Origin: Patescibacteria group bacterium
GTDB lineage: Bacteria; Patescibacteriota; Microgenomatia; UBA10105; UBA927
Assembly: GCA_041753515.1 (NCBI GenBank)
Contig: JBGSUE010000045.1
Location: 2,027 to 66,026 of the forward strand
DNA length: 64,000 nucleotides
Direction: 5' to 3'
The position numbers and the translations under genes are program-made. The stretch's first letter is position 1. Each line of letters begins with the position of its first letter. The notes under the pieces were generated by a model that saw only the letters and a list, made by a program, of their open reading frames with translations, was not told the DNA's origin and made no database searches. Below are positions 19,115-27,954 of this stretch, in pieces.

Positions 19115-19157
19115 CCTTTTAAGCTATTGGTTCAGGGTTCGAATCCCTGCCGACTCA
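19086..19157 (+). tRNA. tRNA-Lys(TTT)
   Basis: Cloverleaf GGGTCGG/CCGACTC, D-arm GCTC/GAGC, anticodon arm GTAGC-CTTTTAA-GCTAT, T-arm CAGGG-TTCGAAT-CCCTG; CCA not encoded. Confidence 0.95.
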
Positions 19158-20927
19158 CAAATTAGCATGTTTTACCCCGAACTTATCAGCAAGAAGTTGC
19201 TGAATAAGATATTGTGGTAAATTAAGTTGAATATCAATCTTGTCAGGTATTAACTGATCCTTCTTTGGTACACCAGCAATGCGATCCTTGTCGGTCTTTG
19301 GTCGGGCATACACAACAACTTGATCTATGATCATATGGATGAGTTCATACAATTCTTTTTCATCCTTTTCTGCTTTATTCAAGGCTTTCTCGTATTTTTT
19401 GGCATAAAGCTCCAGACTATACACATAGCCCTTTGATAAAGACTCCTGAGCAAGCTCAAAATCAATCTTTTTAATGCTTTCATTGCAATTACTTTCTTGT
19501 TTTTTTAATTCAGCAATTTGCTTGTTCAGTTCTTCAATATCAATATGTCCATGTGCGTGTTGATTGAGGATATTAGTCTTGATCTTGGGTATGGCATTAA
19601 GTATCTTAGTCCATCGCTTTCGTTCTTTTTTCAAACGATCAATGTTAATGCGAGATGAGTCTAACCCTTTCTGATATTCGTAAGTAGCTTTGGGATTGCT
19701 TAAAAGTTGCTTAACAAACTCAATAACATATTCTTCTAACTCATCTGCTGGAATAGGTATTACTGGACAGTTGTTCTGAGGGTATTTCTTCTTGTTTTTT
19801 CTGTTGCATTGGTAATAATAGGAAAAGTCTAATTTTTTACCTACATATTTTCTTGCTCCTGTCCAAGACCATTCGGATTCTTTTGATCCTCCCAGACTCC
19901 TGCAATGGTCGCATTTTAATAGACCAGATAGCAAGTAAAAATGTTGGTCAACCTTTCTCTGGGCAAGAGTTCTCCTTGCAGAGACCTCCTTCAATATCTT
20001 TTGAGCCAAATCAAACAATGGTTGCGGGATTATTGGCTCATGTTTATATGGAGATAATTTCCACTCACCCTTTGGTAAACGCTTACTTTTAACTGTCTTG
20101 TCGTAGTAGCGAGTACCGATATACACCTCATCCTCCAAGATCGATCTCACTGTTTCCATACGCCAGAAATGTATTGGGTTGGTCTTGCGAGGTTTTCCCT
20201 TGCGCTTGTTGTTGTTAATCGCTGAGATTTCAGGACTAACCATTTTTTGCTCCTGGAGAGTGTCTGCAATTTTCTGTGGACTGAGTCCACCTGTTGTAAA
20301 TAATCCAAAAATCATTTCTACAACATCAGATTCTTCCTTGAGAATTACCAAGTGTCCATTTTCGTCCTTGTTGTAACCATAAGGAGCGTTAGCCCCCATT
20401 AACTTTCCTTGTTTTATCGCTTCTTCACGACCACCTCTGGTTCTTGCCAAGATATTTTCTCGTTCAAGTTCTGCAAGGACGCCCATAATGCCAAGCATAG
20501 CCTTACCAAATGGGGTAGAAGTATCTATACTTTCAGTTGCCGAGAGAAACTCAATTTTATTTTCTTCAAAAAACTCAACAGTATCCATCAGTATCCGAAG
20601 TTTTCTGGCAAAACGATCTATCTTGAAAACTGCCACTGTATCAAAAGGTTTGTTACCCTTGGGAGCGAGAAGATAATCCTCCATCAATTTTCTGAAACCT
20701 GGTCTTTCTTCAAGTTTTACAGTTCCACTAATGTCATCATTATAGACGTGGTTTTCACCAGCAAATACAAATGATGGTTGCCCACTGTTCATATTTAACT
20801 TCGTTTTCAATAATGCTTCCACTGCTGATCTCTGAACATTAGGCCCAAACTTTTCTGCCTGATCATCTGTTGAGACTCGAATGTAAAAGGCAACCCTTCG
20901 TGGGATTTCTTGCTGTTTTCTATCCAT
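19155..20927 (-). CDS. Large serine recombinase (integrase)
   Basis: YIRVSTDDQ catalytic Ser, DRFAR, recombinase domain, LSGLLKCDHC...YYQC zinc ribbon, coiled coil. Confidence 0.95.
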   Translation of the reverse strand: MDRKQQEIPRRVAFYIRVSTDDQAEKFGPNVQRSAVEALLKTKLNMNSGQPSFVFAGENHVYNDDISGTVKLEERPGFRKLMEDYLLAPKGNKPFDTVAVFKIDRFARKLRILMDTVEFFEENKIEFLSATESIDTSTPFGKAMLGIMGVLAELERENILARTRGGREEAIKQGKLMGANAPYGYNKDENGHLVILKEESDVVEMIFGLFTTGGLSPQKIADTLQEQKMVSPEISAINNNKRKGKPRKTNPIHFWRMETVRSILEDEVYIGTRYYDKTVKSKRLPKGEWKLSPYKHEPIIPQPLFDLAQKILKEVSARRTLAQRKVDQHFYLLSGLLKCDHCRSLGGSKESEWSWTGARKYVGKKLDFSYYYQCNRKNKKKYPQNNCPVIPIPADELEEYVIEFVKQLLSNPKATYEYQKGLDSSRINIDRLKKERKRWTKILNAIPKIKTNILNQHAHGHIDIEELNKQIAELKKQESNCNESIKKIDFELAQESLSKGYVYSLELYAKKYEKALNKAEKDEKELYELIHMIIDQVVVYARPKTDKDRIAGVPKKDQLIPDKIDIQLNLPQYLIQQLLADKFGVKHANL

Positions 20928-21057
20928 ATTTCTTTACACTTGCAACAAGAGATAAGATTAAGTTCCTGGTGGGTTATCTCTATTTAGAGTATTATACTAA
21001 TTTTAGCGAGATTACACAAAGAGTTGAGTGAGGGTTTTGAAGTTATACTCGATAAAA

Positions 21058-21753
21058 TCAACTTGGGACAGGCTGACTAATTACAGGTTTCCCTGAATAG
21101 TCAATTAAAGTTAAGCCATTTTTAGCCAAAATTTCTGCCAATCTTACTTCGGGTGGCCTGAAATCATGGGGAGTATCATCAAATGAAACTGATTCTTCAA
21201 TAATCTTGGTTTTTTCTTCAACCAGTAGGTGTAGGTTATTTCTTCCAATAAAGTCGTTAATGACCTTCATAACAGAGAGGACTGGCGTTACAGAATCGTT
21301 GACGATTTTGAGTGGCATCCCTATCTTTTCTTCTTGCTCCAACGCCTTATCAAGTCGTTTGACTAACTTTGGTAACAGTTTTGTGGACAGGTACTCCATT
21401 TGCTCCAGTGAGGCTTTTTGCAAATCAGATCGTAGTAAGTCCAATTCAACTTCTTGTTTAACGACCAGTGCAATCCGTTTCGTGAGGCTGGCTTTATGAT
21501 ACTTATTCCTGTAATTCTCAACTGCCTTGTAACTGGGAAGTTCAACTGCTGGATATTGCTCACAAAGAGCTGCTAAGGCTTTTACTGGAGAAAGTTTATG
21601 AGTAAGAAGCTCATCGAGCTTGGTTCTTACTTCCTGGGGCAAAGCATGGATACTGGACTTAAAACCATCTCGTTTAAGTTGAGTTGCTTTCTGGAGATTG
21701 GCAACTCGGGTGAGATAGAAGTCGTCTTGTGGATTAGTATTTGGATCAATCAT
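21058..21753 (-). CDS. Hypothetical protein, possibly DUF3486/phage Gp27-like (terminase small subunit-like)
   Basis: KSSIHALPQEVRTKLDELL resembles the DUF3486 N-terminus; family assignment is from recall only. Confidence 0.5.
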   Translation of the reverse strand: MIDPNTNPQDDFYLTRVANLQKATQLKRDGFKSSIHALPQEVRTKLDELLTHKLSPVKALAALCEQYPAVELPSYKAVENYRNKYHKASLTKRIALVVKQEVELDLLRSDLQKASLEQMEYLSTKLLPKLVKRLDKALEQEEKIGMPLKIVNDSVTPVLSVMKVINDFIGRNNLHLLVEEKTKIIEESVSFDDTPHDFRPPEVRLAEILAKNGLTLIDYSGKPVISQPVPS

Positions 21754-21848
21754 ATTCGCTTACTTAATTATAGCGAAAATGAGGGGTTTTGATCCATCTA
21801 TTTACAATTACTATCCTTCCATTTAGAAGGCTGCTGACCTGGAAAGTG

Positions 21849-22832
21849 TTACGAAAGCACTTTTTCTTTCAATTGCCCTATTAGTTTTCCCTCAATTTCA
21901 ATTTCACCGCTTTTTAATTGCTCTTGCGTATCAAACTCAGTATCAAATCCAGGTATGTGGATTTTACCATCTGGTTTTGTTCTTCCAGATTTAACCTTTT
22001 TCACCAACTCCGAGGAATTTTGCTTAAACTTATCAGTTCCAATTAAAAGATTTGGGCTAAATGCCATATAAAATGTTCCCCAATCTCCTTCATCAAATAC
22101 AAAAGATGCTCCTGTCAATGCACCAGCCAACAACTCCACCACCATTGCAAGACCAGACCCTTTATATGAACGATCAAACGGAAGAATCGCACCTTTCATA
22201 GCTAATTCTGGATCGGTGGTTAATTCACCATTTTTATCTACTGCGACATTTTCGGGTAACTTTTGACCTAACACCTTTGCCCTAACCAATCCATACCATG
22301 TTATTGCTGATGCAGCCATATCAAAGACGATAGGGTGTTCAATCGTTGGAAAGCCAAATGCGATAGGATTCGTACCATATGCCGGATCAATTCCTCCATG
22401 ATGTAATACTCCTCGTGGAGAACTTGCTGCTACAATTCCTATTAAATCTTGCTGTGCCATTTTTCTGGCATAGTAACTGATTGCCCCGACACTTGAAAAA
22501 GTATTATTTGTACCTACAACAGCAAATCCTTTTTTCTTTGCGATCTCTATTGCCTTATCTGTTGCAACTTGAGCTGCAAGAGGTCCAGCTGCCCCTCCAC
22601 CATCAATTAAAGCTGATAGCTCTGTCTCTTTAATAGTCTTTGGAGGGTATTTTGGTTTTATATCCTGAGCAGGCTCTGAACCAAGTAATTTGAGCAGTCC
22701 TTGAGTGTTTTTCCCTGTAAGTTCTGCGTACAAAAAAACATCAGCAATTTTCTCTGCTTCATCAGCTGAATAGTATTTGCTTGTTAGAGCTTTTGTCATT
22801 AGCTCTCTCAACTTTGAGATTTTTATCTTCAT
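21849..22832 (-). CDS. Ldh_2 family (malate/L-lactate/L-sulfolactate dehydrogenase-like) oxidoreductase
   Basis: GTNPIAFGFP, FDMAASA, YKGSGLAMVVELLAGAL, HIPG. Confidence 0.88.
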   Translation of the reverse strand: MKIKISKLRELMTKALTSKYYSADEAEKIADVFLYAELTGKNTQGLLKLLGSEPAQDIKPKYPPKTIKETELSALIDGGGAAGPLAAQVATDKAIEIAKKKGFAVVGTNNTFSSVGAISYYARKMAQQDLIGIVAASSPRGVLHHGGIDPAYGTNPIAFGFPTIEHPIVFDMAASAITWYGLVRAKVLGQKLPENVAVDKNGELTTDPELAMKGAILPFDRSYKGSGLAMVVELLAGALTGASFVFDEGDWGTFYMAFSPNLLIGTDKFKQNSSELVKKVKSGRTKPDGKIHIPGFDTEFDTQEQLKSGEIEIEGKLIGQLKEKVLS

Positions 22833-22870
22833 AGCGTTATTTTATCAGAAAGTGATCCCGTCTGACATAA

Positions 22871-22899
22871 GAAAACCCCTCCATGAAGAAGGGGCTTTC
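22871..22899 (-). terminator. Probable intrinsic terminator after the DUF4352 gene
   Basis: Minus strand GAAAGCCCCTTC-loop-GGAGGGGTTTTC followed by T-rich sequence. Confidence 0.6.
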
Positions 22900-22921
22900 T
22901 CTTAAAGAACAGGCCTATTCT

Positions 22922-23476
22922 TTACTGTAATTTCACTTTTGCACCTTTGCCAAATAATGAACCTTTGACAAGAAGCATAGGATTACTAATATCTGATGGT
23001 AAATCAAATACTAAGTCTCCTGTGACAGAAAGTGATGGTTGAACCTGTTGCAAGAACAGATCAACATTTCCCTGAGCCATACCTTTGGCTGTTTGACCCT
23101 CGATTGAGCGTTCAAACTCACGACCTTGATCATCAGTCACTTTTGCCATTGAACTGTCAAAAGTAGCTGTCTTGTTACCTTTATTTTCTATCTTCAAAGT
23201 CACAACATAGAATGTGCCTTGTGAGTTCTTCTGGGTGTATGAATTACCCAGAGACTTTGCAGTTTCAACATTGGTAACTGTGAAAGCTAAATCACCATCT
23301 TGGACTACTTCATTAAGTCCATATTGTTTTTCGCTTTCAGCCTTACTACCTCCATTGGAAGCAGAATTACTGTTGGAGTTAGATGATTGATTGTCTGACT
23401 TTCCAGCTCCAGCAATTGCTCCGATAACGATAAGTACAACGAAGCCGATAAGACCCCATTTTAGGATTTTCTTCAT
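22922..23476 (-). CDS. DUF4352 domain membrane-anchored protein
   Basis: N-terminal TM, S/N linker, FYVVTLKIENKG...QVQPSLSVTGDLVFDLP. Confidence 0.8.
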   Translation of the reverse strand: MKKILKWGLIGFVVLIVIGAIAGAGKSDNQSSNSNSNSASNGGSKAESEKQYGLNEVVQDGDLAFTVTNVETAKSLGNSYTQKNSQGTFYVVTLKIENKGNKTATFDSSMAKVTDDQGREFERSIEGQTAKGMAQGNVDLFLQQVQPSLSVTGDLVFDLPSDISNPMLLVKGSLFGKGAKVKLQ

Positions 23477-23568
23477 AATGTGTTCACCCCCCTTCGAGTT
23501 AGGTTACTCATAATTTGTTCCTTTCTATTTTTTTAGAAAATAGATGGTTATAAGCGTAATTATAGCAG

Positions 23569-23608
23569 AAAACACCCATTGTAGTGCGTGGATTAGTATG
23601 GGTGTTTT
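23569..23608. promoter_or_regulatory. Inverted repeat, probable operator of the XRE regulator
   Basis: AAAACACCCAT-N18-ATGGGTGTTTT directly before the XRE start. Confidence 0.55.
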
Positions 23609-23623
23609 TTATGTAATAAGAGC

Positions 23624-23881
23624 ATGAAACCAAAAACGATCGAAAGATCACAGGAAAGGAGAGAGGAAAAGAAGAAGTTTGGTTCTAAAATTGGCAAGCA
23701 TCTGAGAAAGATTAGAGAGTCAAAAAATATCAGTCAGGAAAATCTTTCTTTGGCTGCTGGCTACTACCGAACTTATGTAGGTAAGATTGAGATGGGTAAC
23801 TATTCTCCCAGTATGCACACAATTTGGAGACTATCGCATACGTTGGGTATGTCACTCGAGGACTTCTTCAAAGGATTTTAA
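23624..23881 (+). CDS. XRE-family HTH regulator (controller protein-like)
   Basis: LRKIRESKNISQENLS...RTYVGKIEMG...PSMHTIWRL. Confidence 0.88.
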   Translation: MKPKTIERSQERREEKKKFGSKIGKHLRKIRESKNISQENLSLAAGYYRTYVGKIEMGNYSPSMHTIWRLSHTLGMSLEDFFKGF

Positions 23882-23882
23882 T

Positions 23883-24341
23883 CTATTGGCTTTTTGGCAT
23901 ATTCCGATGTATATCAATAAACCATCGGCTAAACTCATCTCTTAAATTTCTGATCCAATTAGCAATATCTTGTCCTTCACTCATCAATTCCATAAAGCGT
24001 TTATCGTAGTATTCTTTCTGAAAATGGAATACTCCATTTCGATAGCGTCTAAGCAATTCAACATTTGGAGATTTTAGTAGTGAATCAATTTTAGGATCAG
24101 TCAATTTTAATTCTTGCCATCCTTCAATAAGCACATAGAAAGTTCCATACCAAAGAGACATATAAAGAAAAGTATCAATGCCATTTTCAGTTTTTGGTAA
24201 TTCCACAGCAACAGGTTTCGACTCTGCCCTTTTAAGAATCTCATCGAAATGAACTCTCATTCTATCTGCCCAAATAAAATATCTATGCAGTGTGATAATT
24301 TCAGGTGTTAATTGGTTTTTGGTATCAGGATTTTCTGACAT
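23883..24341 (-). CDS. Hypothetical protein with HEPN-like RxxxxH motif
   Basis: LRRYRNGVFH; TATAAT 6 nt before ATG 24341. Confidence 0.6.
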   Translation of the reverse strand: MSENPDTKNQLTPEIITLHRYFIWADRMRVHFDEILKRAESKPVAVELPKTENGIDTFLYMSLWYGTFYVLIEGWQELKLTDPKIDSLLKSPNVELLRRYRNGVFHFQKEYYDKRFMELMSEGQDIANWIRNLRDEFSRWFIDIHRNMPKSQ

Positions 24342-24360
24342 ATTCGTATTATATCGAAAA

Positions 24361-25002
24361 TCAGAATTGAGATTCATCTCTTTCCTCAAAAAACTGATAC
24401 AGCTCTAAGCACGCTTTCTTTGTTTTATCCTCCCCAGCAATATGCTTTTTATTCTTTATTCTTGATCCTTCTCGAAAGAACTCATTATCATCTTTGCCTA
24501 ATTCACGGCCTCGTTCAGTATGCTCATCAATGGCATATTCAGGTATCTCAGGCTTCCATCCTTGCTCTTTGCGTTTCAGAAGCACACCACCGAGATAATC
24601 AGTGTGACGTGATTTCTTGCTCCGAGCCATGTACGAAATGATGAACCCAAGAACATTGTTATCAACTTGGATCATTTTCTTTACCTTATCTTGAGCCAGC
24701 AGAGAAGAATATGTACTACTTACAAGAATCATTGCTTCTGGATTTGCCAGTCCAATATCTTCACCAGCGATAACTTGTAATCTTCTGAAACAGTATCGCC
24801 AAAATCCTGATTCATTTAGTTCAAATGCCCAATATGAAGCCATCAACTCATTACCTCTGCGGATTTCCTTTTGTAAAGCACTGACTATCTCATCTAACTT
24901 ATATCCATTTTTTGTTCTCAGTTCAAAACCTTTATACTTTTCAACCTTTTGTTCTTCGGTTTCTGTTGGTGTGTTTAATAATTTTTGTTGCTTTGTTTTC
25001 AT
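24361..25002 (-). CDS. Stand-alone MgsA/RarA C-terminal-like protein (no AAA+ ATPase domain)
   Basis: SALQKEIRRG, RRLQVIAGEDIGLANPEA, IPEYAIDEHT; no Walker A. Confidence 0.75.
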   Translation of the reverse strand: MKTKQQKLLNTPTETEEQKVEKYKGFELRTKNGYKLDEIVSALQKEIRRGNELMASYWAFELNESGFWRYCFRRLQVIAGEDIGLANPEAMILVSSTYSSLLAQDKVKKMIQVDNNVLGFIISYMARSKKSRHTDYLGGVLLKRKEQGWKPEIPEYAIDEHTERGRELGKDDNEFFREGSRIKNKKHIAGEDKTKKACLELYQFFEERDESQF

Positions 25003-25020
25003 AGTTTAGCTGTCATTATT

Positions 25021-25037
25021 TGCGACAGGCTGTCGCA
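25021..25037. promoter_or_regulatory. Palindrome between the integrase and the RarA-like gene
   Basis: TGCGACAG-G-CTGTCGCA. Confidence 0.4.
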
Positions 25038-25097
25038 TATTTAATGGTTAATTTTTTAGGTGCTGTAATGAGAGTTATAGCTGGTTGAGTCATATTT

Positions 25098-25991
25098 TTA
25101 GTCAAAATTGATGGTATTAAATGTCTCGTAAAATCTTGGTAAATCAGCTTTCTTTTTAAGATTGTCATTGTAGACTTGAAGCATTTCTAAACTTTTGTGT
25201 CTGGTGTACTGGGCAACTGTAAGAATGTCACCTTTGTATGCCTTGATTAACTTGGTAGTGAAGTAGTGACGAAAGCCATGAACTGTTTTGTCAATCTCAA
25301 GGCTTCTAAGAATCGGGTTTATTAGGCAACGTATTGATTTGGTAGTTAAACGATGGTTTCGGCTGTTATTGCTGGTACTGGTGAATAACGCACCATCAGC
25401 AATTTTGTATTGCCTAATGTAATCTTTGAGGGCTGCAACAGCTACTGGATGTAAATCAATGATTTCTTTGTCATCCTGTCCCTTACCTTGAATAAAGGCT
25501 ACCTGTGAAACAAGATCAATTTCAGTTACATCCAGGCGAACTATCTCAATTTGTCTAAGTCCTTGCAGAATCAGGAGACTTAAAAGGGCTTTGATTCGAC
25601 TGGTGGAAAGATTAGAGTTTTGGGCTTGAATGTAGCTGAGGATTCTTTGTACTTCTTCCTCTGAAAAGCCATCTTTTTTATGTTTTCTGCTTTGTTGAAA
25701 GGATTTTACGTTTTGTGTAATGTCTATTGGCAAGTACCCTTGACGATGTAATTCTTTGCAATATACCCTTGCCACAATTAAATACTTATTCTTAGTGCTG
25801 ACAGCAAAATCAGTCCGTTGAGACAGGTGTCGCTTATATTCTAAGTAGCTATGCTTGGTAAATCCCTGTTTTTTAATGAAATCAATAAAACTGCCAATTC
25901 TTGAATAGTATTCTCGCCTGGTGTTTTCTGAGATATCCAAATGAGCGAATACCTGTGCGTTCCAATCAATAGGTACTAAATTATTTTCCAT
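25098..25991 (-). CDS. Tyrosine recombinase/integrase (XerD-like)
   Basis: GLRQIE (R), QGKG (K), HGFRH (H-x-x-R), TRHKSLEMLQVY (H...Y); start uncertain (25991 or 26021). Confidence 0.9.
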   Translation of the reverse strand: MENNLVPIDWNAQVFAHLDISENTRREYYSRIGSFIDFIKKQGFTKHSYLEYKRHLSQRTDFAVSTKNKYLIVARVYCKELHRQGYLPIDITQNVKSFQQSRKHKKDGFSEEEVQRILSYIQAQNSNLSTSRIKALLSLLILQGLRQIEIVRLDVTEIDLVSQVAFIQGKGQDDKEIIDLHPVAVAALKDYIRQYKIADGALFTSTSNNSRNHRLTTKSIRCLINPILRSLEIDKTVHGFRHYFTTKLIKAYKGDILTVAQYTRHKSLEMLQVYNDNLKKKADLPRFYETFNTINFD

Positions 25992-26315
25992 AACCATCTC
26001 TGCTCCAAGCAAGGAGTTCAAACAATTTGTAACTATTTCTGGTGGAGTTATTGATTCTTCTGATGATTTCTGCTTGCGAGAGAAGTGTTGAAGATTTTCT
26101 GATTTTTCTTTTCCTAATTTCCTTACTTTTTATTGCCATATCAATCTAATTAACGATTATTTGTTGTATATGTATATGATACCTGAGCTCAACCTCTTGT
26201 CAAATTGAGGGTATCCAGATGGATTGATTTGATAGGCCATAGCGTATTTTCCAGAATGGTATCTGTTTTTTGGAAGAATAAAACTTCGTTAAGACTTTTC
26301 TGATAAAATATAATA

Positions 26316-26780
26316 GTGAAATCAGTCAATATGACAAATAATAATCTTTCGGTGGTTGACGCAATCAATCTTTCTTCTATTGAGTTACTTGTACCGCTAA
26401 TTGATAAGTACCCAGTACTGAAGAACATTTTGAATAATAGTAAAAGCAAAAATCCTTCAGATGACTGGGATTATTTTATGACCGCAGCAGGATCAGGGAT
26501 TGTTTTGATCTCAAGCGAAACATACAAAGGCGAGCATAATGAAGTGAAATCCAGAGCTTCTGAAATATACAAAGATATACATAGAGCAATTGAGGACTTT
26601 ATTGCCTTCATGAACAAAAATAAAGCCACTGATAAGCTGATCCCTCCCACGATCGGCTTATGGGTACTTTGGAACATCAAGCAAGAAGAACCTTCCTACG
26701 ATGAAATGAAAGAACTTGCACCTGTAATAGGTAATTTACTTATTAAAATTATCTCTGACTGGAAAAGCAGCAGAAGTTAG
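26316..26780 (+). CDS. Hypothetical protein
   Basis: 154-aa ORF at the head of a co-oriented run (start may be ATG 26331). Confidence 0.65.
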   Translation: MKSVNMTNNNLSVVDAINLSSIELLVPLIDKYPVLKNILNNSKSKNPSDDWDYFMTAAGSGIVLISSETYKGEHNEVKSRASEIYKDIHRAIEDFIAFMNKNKATDKLIPPTIGLWVLWNIKQEEPSYDEMKELAPVIGNLLIKIISDWKSSRS

Positions 26781-26803
26781 TAATTCTTTGGAGGTAGAAG
26801 TAA

Positions 26804-27952
26804 ATGAAGTTTGGAATTAGAACGCCATCGTTGAAGCGGAGAATTGCAGCCAGAACATCCTGGAAGCGAGTAGTAAGGCATAATTTGGGCTTGAAAGCTC
26901 CCAAGGGGATGGGGATATTAACAAACCCGAAGAAAGCTCTGTATAACAAGGTATATAATAAAACAACAGTGAGTGTAGATAATTTGCTGAAAGGGCATCC
27001 ACCTATACCAGCAGTACCATCTACTTCTCATAAACCAAATATGGAAGATCAACACCAATCAGGCATTCAAATAAACAACACAGGAAGCATTATCAGAAGC
27101 TCAAGCAAGGCTTTGACTGTCACCAGTAAGAACTTTCACAAACTTCGACAGGAGATCACGGATATTTACAACCAGAGACAGGAGTTAATTAAAAAACTCA
27201 ACTCTGCAAAGACTAAATTGTTTCTTCTGACTACAGTACATTTCGGGAGCTATCTGGTAATTATTGGTTTCTTCTACAAGAAAATTGCTGAATCAAGAAA
27301 TACTCAGCAACAGATTGTCAAAGATTTGGAAAAGCAGGTTTCAGAAACCTTCGTTAACCTTACGTTTGCTGACAAATCCCAACTGGAAAAAAGCTGGCTG
27401 AATTGCATTGATACCTTTAAGGAACTTATGGGTAGCGAAAAGATTTGGGACATTACTTACGCAGAGGGGGTTAACAGAGCACAAGCACGTACAGTAGCTC
27501 AGACAGCCACCAAGAGAACCTTGATCCCCCGCACTGAACGAGAGATTGAGTTTATCAAGAGTGACTTGCCTCATTTGCTTCTTCCCAACGCTAATGGACC
27601 AGACGTGTTTTTCTATCCCACATTCTTACTACTGTTCAAAGACAATCAGGAGTTTGGTATTTTTGATCTTAAAGAAATAACAGTTGCTATGAAACTTTCA
27701 GGATACATTGAAGAAGAAAGCGTTCCAAAAGATACTGAGATCATTCAGCACACATGGAAAAAAGCCAATAAGGATGGCTCTGGAGACAAGCGATTCAAAG
27801 GGAACTATCAGATTCCCATAGTGAAATACGGAGATATGACGATTGAAGCAGAGGGAGGACTTGAAGAATCATTCATGTTTAGTAATTTCGATGCTTTTGG
27901 TGATTTTGCAAAAACCTTTGAATACCACGCCTCATTATTGCGCAAGCTCTAA
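26804..27952 (+). CDS. Phage-associated-type membrane protein with basic N-terminus
   Basis: MKFGIRTPSLKRRIAARTS N-terminus, TM and coiled coil, C-terminal WKKANKDGSGDKRFKGNY motif; GGAGG Shine-Dalgarno. Confidence 0.75.
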   Translation: MKFGIRTPSLKRRIAARTSWKRVVRHNLGLKAPKGMGILTNPKKALYNKVYNKTTVSVDNLLKGHPPIPAVPSTSHKPNMEDQHQSGIQINNTGSIIRSSSKALTVTSKNFHKLRQEITDIYNQRQELIKKLNSAKTKLFLLTTVHFGSYLVIIGFFYKKIAESRNTQQQIVKDLEKQVSETFVNLTFADKSQLEKSWLNCIDTFKELMGSEKIWDITYAEGVNRAQARTVAQTATKRTLIPRTEREIEFIKSDLPHLLLPNANGPDVFFYPTFLLLFKDNQEFGIFDLKEITVAMKLSGYIEEESVPKDTEIIQHTWKKANKDGSGDKRFKGNYQIPIVKYGDMTIEAEGGLEESFMFSNFDAFGDFAKTFEYHASLLRKL

Positions 27953-27954
27953 CT

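Noticed and set aside
18785-19157. Group I intron with a GIY-YIG homing endonuclease in tRNA-Lys
   Set aside because: The downstream tRNA is already complete, the upstream acceptor strand does not pair well with its 3' strand, and the ORF fills the interval, leaving no room for a ribozyme core.
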